Assembly: GCF_031769215.1 (NCBI RefSeq)
Contig: NW_026781945.1
Span: 744,001-808,000 of the forward strand
Direction of reading: 5' to 3'
Source: Ylistrum balloti
Taxonomy: Eukaryota
Length of the DNA: 64,000 nt
Shown here: one piece after another, positions 12,635-22,986 of the stretch
Layout of the letters: every line of letters starts with the position of its first letter
Numbering within the stretch: position 1 is the stretch's first letter
Made by a program: the position numbers and the translations under genes
Notes under the pieces: model-generated
Databases searched by the model: none
What the model was told of the DNA's origin: nothing
What the model saw: the letters and a program-made list of their open reading frames with translations, nothing else

Positions 12635-14447
12635 CTGTTTCCCGGGACAGGCTGAGACTTGTTCGCTAAAAATACGCCACTACATGTTTGATCGATAAAC
12701 ACGATGCAAAGAAAATATGAAAGGTGTATCGAATGAAACGAACTGCGTCATTGTCTTCTCGGACTTTATCATAGAAGCCCTTACATTCGAAAGGGACACT
12801 GAATGCAAATACTGATATCATAGTATATATCTTATTGTTATTATTTATTGTTTTCCACTAAATGAATTTATTTTCCTAGAAATCAAATTAGTTGTCGTGA
12901 AAACTGAATTTTAATTAAATTGTAAAGGTACGACATATTCTGATAAGGCCGTCTCTGTTTTCAATAAAATATCACTTGTTTCCAGAAATATGAGTTAGTT
13001 GTATAAGCTGACACCAACGATACTGACTAATAGAAAATAAACAAACCATATTTCACACTGTAGAAAATGTAATAACAAACAGATTGGATTATTTCTCTAT
13101 ATCAGAAAGAAGCATTAGTTAAGACAAAGAAAACGTATCCGTCACAAACATACAGATGATATTGTGATTTGGAAATCGACGTTGATCTATATCCGTAACG
13201 GATAAAATAATTATATCATTATTGATTTCATAACTCTAAGGTTTATGCTGTTAACATAAGACATTATATATATCTGTAATAATAATTATGATATTGTTTA
13301 TTGATAAAAATGATGATTGAGTCAACTAACGTATATTGTTAATGATGGACAGCGATGTAACAGTTCATCATAACTTCTTAGAAGATAGTTAGCATGTGTT
13401 GTAAACTTTGAAAGGTGTAGCGATGTTTCAGTCATACAAAATATACAGGAGATATGAACAACGCTTCTGGTATATCAATAATACAGGGGATGTCAGCCAT
13501 GTTTGTGGTATATCAATATTACAGGAGATATCACCAATGTTTCTCGTTAAACAATAATACTGGAGATAACAATATCTATAAAATGACAATATTACAGGAA
13601 GCATCAAAGCAGTAATTTGCTCTTTTTAATGTAGAATTCCACATGGAAATACTTTGTGTAAGGTTAAGATATTTTTTTCTTCACTAGAATCAAGCAATAA
13701 TTTAAAATAGAGATTTTTACTGACTTTGACAAATTTTCTGTATGTAATGTATGATGTCAAGAAATAATTTCAACTGAAAAGAAAAATACTTGTAAATGAA
13801 AGTATTATTGAGAAAATATTTTTAAAATGTAATATGCTGTGAAGATATGATTCAATATATGGAAAGTAGAATAAACGAACAAATAATACGTGTTTGTAAA
13901 TTGCTCAGCCAATTTCAGGAAAATGGACAACAGGAACCAGGACATGAATAGGTTTTATATCAAGAGTAAAGCGTTGGAATTACATATATATAATATACTT
14001 TGATAAATTTAGACCGCACCATTCGTTTGGTTCAGAAATCACTTGGAAAAGTTTGATACATCAGTAATAAAATACCTGTACTAATTATTTCCGTTGATCT
14101 TAAATCAGGTTACACATTTTACAAAGCACTTGTACCGGTATATGTCAGATATTGTTTCTATTAACATGTACACAATCAATATTGTTCACTGATTACAAGA
14201 TATGAACGTAATGGTTTCGTGTATAGAGTTGGATGTTATATAAAATATTTGCATTCAGTGTTCCTTTCGAATGTGCAAACATAGCAATATTCAAAATAAA
14301 GGGCTTCTATGATGAAGTCCGAGAAGACCGTGACACAGTTTGTTTAATTCGATACACCTTTTATATTTTCATTGCATCGTGTTCATCGATCAAACATGTA
14401 GCGGCGTATTTTTAGCGAACAAGTCTCGGCTTGTCCCGGGGAAACAG

Positions 14448-14455
14448 TATAAATA
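14448..14455 (+). promoter_or_regulatory. TATA box upstream of vWA copy 3
   Basis: TATAAATA, GCAGTG near 14481, UTR-intron acceptor at 14885-14886, ATG at 14899. Confidence 0.55.
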
Positions 14456-14898
14456 CGGCTGTGAGCAGACGACAGACAGCAGTGTGTATTGGATCGGGAA
14501 AGTGAACACACTATACTTACTAGTATACAGCTATTCAGAGCAGGCAGCGTAAACTCGCTCCATCTATAAATTAATAGTATCTACATATATATTTACCTAC
14601 TGATATATGTCAAAGGTAATTTTAATTATTAACAAATCGTATGAAAGGTTTTAAAAAATGATAATTAAAACCACCATTTGATACATTTATAACTAGATGT
14701 ACACTTTAAAATGTAAGCATTTTTGTTAATTAGTCACTGTATAAATGTTAGTTATCAATAAAAACGAGCTATTGTAAGGAGATAATATTACTCTAAAAAT
14801 CTTAATTCTATTATCGACATTATACAAAATATAAGACAAAGATGTAAATCAATCAATAAATTAATGACAATTTAAACTTATTTCAGATTCTGACAACT

Positions 14899-16757
14899 AT
14901 GGCAACACCATCCATGCTTCCTCCAGGAGGACTCCTCGAAATCGTATTCTCCTTTGACACTACTGGATCGATGTCCTCTATACTTGAGGAGGTCCAGGGA
15001 CGGTTACAGGACATGATACAGCGCCTTCAGGCGGACATTCCAGGCATAAGAATTGGTGTCATAGCCCACGGGGACTACTGTGATGAAAAGGTCTTCTATC
15101 TTACAAAGCAACTGGACCTTTGTAGCGACGTCGTAGAACTTTGTAACTTTGTAAAAGGTGTAGAGGGTACTGGTGGCGGCGACGAAGATGAATGTTACGA
15201 GCTTATTCTCCGCATGGTCCGACAAAACTTCTCATGGACTCCAGCATCACAAAAAATTCTGGTCATGATTGGAGACGCCAAACCACACGAACCCGAGTAT
15301 GAGTTGAATGTGGACAACATTGACTGGAGAGCTGAAGTCGCTGATCTTCACAATATGGTAAGTTTGTTGTCAAATGATTATTTGATATAAGTTGACAACT
15401 TGACGTATTTTACAATAATTAGTACTTACATTGAAATACGACCATTAATTAATTATATATTGATTGTATAATAACCACCGCCAAATTTGGATTATTTCAG
15501 GGTGTTAAGATATATGGCGTACAAGTGTTTGAAAATGAAGGTATTGACGACTTCTACAAGACAATATCAGCAAACACTGAAGGACATTACCTCAAGCTCA
15601 ATGAATTCTCCAACATCTGTGACTTCCTCATGGCCATCTGTTATCGGGAAAGGGGCGACGATCTCTTCTCTGTAAGTACTAAATACATTGAGTTTAAAAC
15701 GATTTATTTTTCCTTTCCTTGAAATAAAATTCTTAAGTTTAATTTACACTGACATTTATGTGTTAAATGAAAACATTTAATAATAATATTGTTATCTGTT
15801 TACTTCAGGGCTATGAAGCCGAAGTCCGCGGACGATATGGACCAGGTGGTATCCACAGAGATCTGGAGGGATTATTCGGAACTCTGAGAAAGGCTGATTC
15901 AGGTACAAGTGGCATTCACTCAGCGCCGCCAGTTATTTCACCATTGTCAACCCCATCAGCGATTTCTTCTGTGCCAAAACCAGTGAAGGGCGTTCCAAGA
16001 AGGACAAAAGTCGACCCGTCTAGGTCAAAGGTCAATCCAAAGCGTAGAAACGTGACAGTCAAGAATATCAAGGTACATATCATATTTCTATCATTGGTCA
16101 TTTTTCTGTTAGATGAATTCCATTTTACTAAAAATAAAATTAGTTTTCGTGAAAACCGAAGGTCAAGTAGACCGTTATATAAAAATATTAATGACATGTA
16201 ATTTATTATTCCAGGACAAACTCATCTGCAATGATGATGCTAAAATGATTCCAAGAGAGAAAACAGCGGAAACCGTATTCACGTGCAACTGTCTTGATTG
16301 GTCATCGTGGCGACTCGCATATATTCCAACAGACGTCAATGAACCTAAAACGAAAAATGGCTTCAGAAGAAAATTCAAAGGAACGTGCCATAAACGTATC
16401 CAACTTTTCAGAGACAAATGCAAATCAGCTCTTTATGAGATAGCAGTACAAACGAAAAGGCGAGGAAAACGGCACGTTATGTTTTCCAAAGTAATTTCTG
16501 GTACCATTGATAACCGTGAATGGGAATACAACCTTCTATTTGGAGCCAAACTCCGACTTCACAGACAAATACAAAGTGTTGTAGAGCAAGGCTGCAAAGT
16601 ATTTGTGAGGAGAGCAGTTTTAGACAAGAAAGCAATGAGTGAAGTGGACACGTTAAACAAATATAGTTACGCTTGGAGCCTTCAGAAAGGCACACGACAA
16701 CACAGGCGTGTAGAAAGGGACTATATCGTCATTTCCGGTGAATGTATGGAGGAATGA
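14899..16757 (+). CDS. vWA (MIDAS) + ET/HRT-like GIY-YIG-fold protein, copy 3 (478 aa), inverted relative to copies 1 and 2
   Basis: Exons 14899-15357, 15501-15671, 15809-16072, 16215-16757 (459+171+264+543 nt); GT-AG, phase 0. Confidence 0.9.
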
Positions 16758-17348
16758 ATATTTGATGACTAACATGAATAACATCTTCTTACTTTGACAT
16801 TTTCTTAAATTATTAAGTAAATAAAGTTTTCGCTTGATGTATTTTATTGTACTGCAGAACTATATTCCATCTCAAATTTTGTATATACTCGCCAGTTGAT
16901 GCACAATACATTGTTTATATTTTATATTGTTTGTTGCCAATAAAAATTGCTATTTCCTTTTGTTTTATTGTATATCTCTCATGTCAAGTGATTGTAAAAG
17001 TACGTCGTAATCTGATAGCATGATATGTGTTTTCAATGAAATACCACTGTTTCGAGAAATGTGAACATATTAAACATATATTATAAATTTAATGTACAAA
17101 GAAAAGCACAAGGAAGCTTCAACATTAAAATAAAACGACATTATCTTATGACAACGAGAGTTAAACAGTTTGTCTAGTATAATACTGAATAACGAAAGGC
17201 GTTAACAATATAACATAAAACATGTGCTTAGACCTTCTCTAAATGTTAAATATGCGCCTATAATTTCTTTAAAGGTAGGAAACGTGACTAGAAGGTCAGT
17301 GAATGTTGAACACATTTCTATCTATTTCTGAACACCTGTCAATAATAT

Positions 17349-17605
17349 CTGTAAATGTTAAACACGTGTTCATTTCATCTGTAAATGTTAAACACGTAAC
17401 TATAACATATGTAAATGTTAAACAAGTGTCTTTAAGATTTGTAAATGTTAACATGTGTTTATCACATCTGTAAATGTTAAACACGTGTCTGTAACATCTG
17501 TAAATGTTAAAGCTGTGCCTATAACTTATGTTAATGTTAACTAACGTGTGTCTACAACTTTTCTTAATGTTAAACACATATCTATGACTTCTGTAAATGT
17601 AAAAT
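17349..17605. repeat. Degenerate 30-bp minisatellite, ~8 units
   Basis: Recurring CTGTAAATGTTAAACACGTG at a 30-bp period. Confidence 0.85.
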
Positions 17606-18794
17606 ATATACATACTTAAAACTTTATTTTGGCGTATTTCGTATAAGATTCATTCTTTTTCTTCTTATATGCTGAAAAAAGATTCCGTTCCGTCCTTTTT
17701 TCAGGCCATCAATTGATTTGAATTAATTAATTCAGTTTTTTCTTAACTTGATACTGCAATCGATCCGACTATTACACATGTAATAGTACATACATAATAT
17801 ACATCTGTACAGATATCTATAATAACAACTCTTGTTTGTTGAATTTATGTTTTGAATTTCAAAACATGCATACAAATGCGGAAAGCGATCTTTTCAAAAC
17901 GTTGGACATCTTTGAATGTATTTTAGGATCAGAATACAAAAAAATCTTTTAGACAAAGCCGCGCACGAATAATACCTTATTTGACCTTGATGCTAAAATT
18001 TCAAAATTAAGAATATTTAAAATTCTTATCTTTGATAAGGAGGAGGAAACCTATAAAATAAGCTTGATGAAAGCTTTCCGTCAAGTTTTATCACAAGCGT
18101 GGTGATTTCAAATTCCAAATTGTGAATTTTCCATTTTGGTATTGCAACAGCCTGTTTTCCCATCCTGTGGTGTTTACATGTCAAAGTTGATTCCTTACTT
18201 AAGGATCTGTCCCCATTAACGTGCATTATTCGCTCAAAAAGTTTTCAACTAACGAACGAACTCGTAACAAAGGTTTTCAAAAGATCGAGATGGCGAAAAA
18301 AATAATGGGAAGGTTTACGGCTGGGCGGGTTTAGTGATGCTCGTTATCTTGTTCTCATTTTGAAACAAAAACGTGACATAACTTATTTGAATTGATCAAG
18401 ATTTCTATGTCGGGTGTCATCGGCTTACTCTTCTTCTATAGCACCTTTTTCTCCTTGTACTTTTGTTTTTTTGTACTTTCTCGCCATGTATATATTTCTT
18501 TTGTTATACCCCAGTTTTATTTTCTTATAAGGAAAATAATGTAGATGTTGACTTAGTGACCGATTTAGGGAGATGTTGGCCGTCATGATAACCTTTATAA
18601 TATTTTTTGACATCTTCGCCATCCTTTTTCATGGCTGAAATACCTAAGTTGTGTACAATATCTGTGTATAAGCTCAAAACCTCATATAATGTAAGTCTAG
18701 AACCAGACTGGACAATACTGGTTATGCTAAACATGATAAAATAACGAATTTATCTTTAATAAATCTTTTGAGATGAGATCAAATTGGTTTCTAA

Positions 18795-19025
18795 ATGGGG
18801 TTTAACAGATTATTTATCTCTTAGTAAAACCTGCCGGTCTCCCAACAACGCCTACCTAAATTAAATAACTATGTTTAATAAACTGTTAGGAATTGAATGG
18901 AGAAGCGTAAAAATTGTTTCAATAACATTACTGACATTTCAGAGGAAAATAATAGCTAAGGGGAGAGTAACCAGAAAAAAACCGATATTTGTTTATCACA
19001 GATAGTGTTAACATCATAACACGTC
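18795..19025 (+). repeat. Dispersed/direct repeat, left copy (partner 22471-22986)
   Basis: Shares GCCGGTCTCCCAAYAACGCCTACCTAAATTA and the block CTGTTAG...GAGGAAAATAATAGCTAAGGGG...ATAACACGTC with the right copy. Confidence 0.85.
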
Positions 19026-19271
19026 ACCCTTCACCCTTATATAAAGATCTGCGGTTTGTCCCCCACAGGTCTGCAGATTATTCGTCGTACTCGTAAGACG
19101 TGTACACGACTGATTTCCACTTTATTACTTATTTATGAATTATCCAAGGCAGCCGTTCCCTGTGAGTTATTTATCCGTTTTAATTGATATAAAACGCCGT
19201 CGCGATTAATAATTATGACATATAATTATAACCTTACCGGTCCGTTGGTATTTCATGTTATCTTGGTTATG

Positions 19272-19298
19272 TGAATGAATGAATGAATGAATGAATGA
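19272..19298. repeat. (TGAA)n microsatellite
   Basis: About 6.5 TGAA units. Confidence 0.9.
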
Positions 19299-19354
19299 GT
19301 GTTCATTCTTTGTATTGTTTTGTAGGTTTTTTCTTCTGTGTAAATAAAACATGA

Positions 19355-19653
19355 ATGGCAATCGCTGTGCCGGGTATTGACTACGACATCCGACCCATCT
19401 AGGCTAAATATGGCACCCAACTAGATGAATACAGCGAACCGGGGATGGAGTGGTCCTAGTTTCATGTACTTTCCTGGAGCGGGCTATAATATAGGCGACC
19501 CAGTTTCGAACCTCCAGCTCACGTGAGGAACTGTTCGAACTTGCCCTTGCCACCCGGCGGAACGGACACGAATGGGGTGGATGGTTTCTAGACTTCTGTG
19601 ACAGCGTGCAATATGTGGTGAACGGAACGTTTGAACTAAGTAATCTGTTATAA
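19355..19653 (+). pseudogene. Decayed ~99-codon ORF of unknown family
   Basis: GC-richer island. Reconstructs as MAIAVPGIDYDIRPI*AKYGTQLDEYSEPGMEW/VSCTFLERAII*ATQFRTSSSREELFELALATRRNGHEWGGWFLDFCDSVQYVVNGTFELSNLL with two TAG stops and one frameshift. Upstream TATATAAAG (19038), donor (19093) and acceptor (19324-19325). Confidence 0.45.
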
Positions 19654-20198
19654 TTGACTGTTTCATTTTATATATGTATTCTCTGTAAAATGTGATATTT
19701 GACCTATGGTATTTTTCTCATGTAAACGTGTGAAAGGGAAGTGTAAGGTTTCGGAATGGTTCAATAAATCGTGCAACGCGTATTAACGTAAGGTATCTGT
19801 CGCGAGTAATATAAAGTAAAAATATTTAATTTAACGTTTCCTTATAAGATTAGGGATAGAACATGATTAATATTGCATATTTCCCCCCAATCCTTTACCA
19901 GCACTTTCAGACATGACGTAACAATGTTGACAATACTGTGTAATTGTTGTGAATGTCATGTGTTATTTGTAAGGGGTGGTTACTTCAGTTTAGCTATTGT
20001 CTAATCCAATCCATTTTTTGATTGATTGATTGACCTTAATTCGACTTCCAGGACAAGTCCAGCTTCCAGGTCAAGTTGTTGTTTGGCAGTCTGGAGACAC
20101 AGTGTAATCTCATAAACAAGTCTAGGGAACAGAAGCTGGTAGCAGTCAGTAGTTAATGTAAGTCTTCATAAACCCAACTTTTGTTTTATTTTCAGGAT

Positions 20199-20912
20199 AT
20201 GACCTTAAGTCAATTAACTAAATTCACAGAGAGTCCTATTGGTAGTGGCTATTGTGATGGAAAACCAATAATATTGAACAGCAGCAAGCTATGCTACTTG
20301 AAATCTCATTTAGATTTAGCTCGTAATTGTGGGATTGACTTTAATATTATATGCAAAGCAGGTGCCCGTTTTGCGGATTACCTCCCTTGGTTAGAAAGGA
20401 ACCTTGAAAATGAATTAAGTCGGTATAGGAAAATAGTACTGTACGTATTATTAGGGAAATGTGACCTTACTGTTAAAGGTGGGAAATTTATAAAACTTAG
20501 CACTGATTACCTTGCTATTTAATATTTGAGAGATTACATTGATAGGTATGTACCTTTGTTAAATCGATATAAAGGGGTAAGTTTAGTTTTTGTAGAAGTC
20601 CCTCAATATTCAATTGAGGAGTGGAACCGGTTTAAAGGTCATAGGGATCCTTCTAGTTTTAGGAATCAGGACAAGATTCTTTGTGAAAGAATTATTCTCA
20701 TTAATGACTATATAAAACTGGTCAATGAGAATGGTACTGTGAGATCGCCTTGTTTGCGGTTTGATCTTTTGAAATATAGGAAATCAAAAGGAGAGAGCAA
20801 AAATAGGACGTCTGTAAATTTCTTACTATACAAGGACGGTATTCATTCTAGCACTGTAATAGCAAGGTGTTGGATGAAAAGATTTGTGTTTAGTGCCTTA
20901 TCTTGCAATTAA
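20199..20912 (+). pseudogene. SGNH/GDSL hydrolase-like ORF with one in-frame stop (TAA 20520-20522)
   Basis: ORFs 20181-20522 and 20526-20912 are in the same frame. Block-like motifs IILNSS (I, degenerate), GAR (II), LGKCDL (III), DGIH (V). Confidence 0.7.
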
Positions 20913-21217
20913 TCATTGTATTGGCAGTCATAGGTGATTCTGTTGTATAGTACAGTTCTTACAGTTGTATATTGCATTATTTTGGTTTCTTCACAGACCA
21001 GGTCAGGTACACCTGTATAATTATCTGAATTGTGTAGTTGTTTACTTTTAGGTTGCTAGGTAACCAGAGTCCACAGATGCATGCCTTGTCGATGGAACTG
21101 CCCAATCGCATGGCTAGCTTGTACAATTCCTTTGGTGATTATACATTTCTTTAATATAACTTGGTTATTTTACATTAATTATAAAATTTTGTATATGTGT
21201 AACATTTACAAGTCAAA

Positions 21218-21990
21218 ATGCCAGCTAAGCAGAAGAGGCAAGCTAAAAAAGAGGCTAAATGGTTAGAAGCACGTAAATCAACGTGGAATTGATATTTCTC
21301 TTAAAAACAAAGATGATCATGAGAATGATTTTGAAGATTTTGATTAAGATGAGGATAATGTGAAATCAAGATTTGAATCTACTCATTCTCCTGCTAGACC
21401 TATGCAAGTACCCAAGGTACCCCGGTTTTCAGGGGAGGATCCACCCCTGAAGGGGGATATTTCATTTCAAGTATAGAAATTTGAGATAGAGTGTATTCAT
21501 CAAGACGACGATGTATCAGGAAATATATTGATCCAGGCTATTAGGAGGTAACTAAAGGGAACAGCAAGACGCATGTTAATGCATTTAGGGGGATCAGCTA
21601 CAGTAGATCAGAAACATTGTTTGGTGATATCTCTACTAATAGCATGATAATGCAGGAATTTTTCAATTCCTATCAGAAACCCGACGAATCTGTTACTTCA
21701 TTTGGCTGCAGGTTAGAAAGTATGCTAAAAATAGCAATTGCCAATATAGGTACTTAGATTGAATTGCTACAAGCGAACTTCTTAGACACAAATTTTGGAC
21801 CTATTTGTCTTCGGATAGACTCAAAAGCCAGACAAGACACAAGTATGATATTATGAAAGATTATGATGAGTTGCTAAGGGAGATAAGATGGGTAGAGAAA
21901 GAGATAAAAATCAATAGCAAAAAAGAAGTACTTCTGTATCTAGTGGTAAGAAATTTGGTCAGTCAGAGAAGAAAATGGATTCTTTAATGA
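21218..21990 (+). pseudogene. PNMA/Ma-type Gypsy gag remnant with stops and frameshifts
   Basis: ATG at 21218; capsid-like motifs as listed for the element; several premature stops. Confidence 0.8.
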
Positions 21991-22041
21991 GTAAATTAGA
22001 AGGACAGGAAAGTTTGAGTCAAAAGTCAGGGTACAACCAAG

Positions 22042-22470
22042 GTGGAAGTAGTGATAGGGGTCAGAGAGGGTCCTGATTTGGTCAAGGTCATAACAGTGGT
22101 CAATTTAGACCTGAGGGCCTTTGTAAACAGTGGAGCAATGGTAATTACAATATCACAAACTAGTTATGAAAAGTTGTCGGATAAGCTAGAGTTGTGGAGT
22201 TTAGATAATTTGGGTTTGGAAATATCTGTTGCAGATGGATCAAAATTAGGTTGTGTTGGCTATATTGAATGTGTAATTACTTTACCATTCTTAACTAATA
22301 TAGAATTTGTAGCTCCAGTGCTTGTGGTACCTGATACTGAGTACAATAGCCATTGTCCAGTGATAGTAGGAACTAATATTATTAGACAGTGTAGGGACAA
22401 ATTGAATGTTGTGGAAGCTGATATTGTGATACCAGAGGTTTGGGAAGTGGCAATTGATAGTCTTTTTAAT
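22042..22470 (+). pseudogene. Retropepsin-like aspartyl protease remnant (catalytic D appears as N)
   Basis: LRAFVNSGAMVITIS; flap ISVADGSKL; C-terminal PVIVGTNIIRQC. Confidence 0.75.
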
Positions 22471-22986
22471 GATGGGTTTAAAAGATTACTTATCTCTTAA
22501 TAAGACATGCCGGTCTCCCAATAACGCCTACCTAAATTACGTAAATATGTTTAATTGTGTTAATTTCAGTTTGAATTTGCATGTGTTAATCCTAAAAAAA
22601 AATAACCCATACTTGTGCTTAGTACTGAGTAAATTAATAAAAAAAAAACTATTTATCGAAACGTTTTCCTTTCGGCTTCCTTTACAAATGATTTTTCCAT
22701 TAAACTGTTTTTAAAGTTTGCACTTTAAAAGAAACAATGGATTTTGTAATTAACATTACAATAAATGTTCTATAACTAACTACTAATGCTTTGTTTCGAG
22801 AGGAGCGCAAACACCGACCTATGAACATCTGAAGAAAAAACTGTTAGCAATTGAAGGGAGAGGCGTAAAAATTGTTTAAATAATATTACTGATATTTCAG
22901 AGGAAAATAATAGCTAAGGGGAGAGCACCCAGCAAAAAGCCGATATTTGTTTATCACAGATGATAGTGTTAACAGCATAACACGTC
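22471..22986 (+). repeat. Dispersed/direct repeat, right copy, with ~290 extra internal bp
   Basis: Homologous to 18795-19025; begins where protease homology ends. Confidence 0.85.

Larger units (their letters stand above)
19968..22470 (+). mobile_element. Truncated, decayed Ty3/Gypsy LTR retrotransposon (PNMA-like gag + aspartyl protease, with upstream SGNH ORF)
   Basis: Gag motifs PRFSGEDP (~21420), QAIRR*LKGTARR, MQEFFNSYQKPDESVTSFGCRLE, LKSQTRHKYD; protease-like AFVNSGA...ISVADGSKL...VIVGTNII. Candidate 5' end TGTAAG at 19968. No RT, integrase or 3' LTR. Confidence 0.85.

Noticed and set aside
5437-16695. Antisense and off-frame ORFs overlapping the vWA genes (e.g. 6114-6500, 7179-7400, 15004-15225)
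   Set aside because: They are shadows of the real exons; their recurrence only reflects the triplication.
18425-18734. Two short minus-strand ORFs that look mildly protein-like
   Set aside because: No recognisable motif, no supportable splice chain, different frames.
19411-19421. TGGCACCCAAC resembling a tRNA-Lys primer-binding site
   Set aside because: The match is short and imperfect, lies inside a decayed ORF, and does not follow an LTR end.
18795-22986. Direct repeats as the LTRs of the Gypsy element
   Set aside because: No TG...CA ends, the copies differ by ~290 bp, and the right copy abuts a truncated protease with no RT/IN or polypurine tract.
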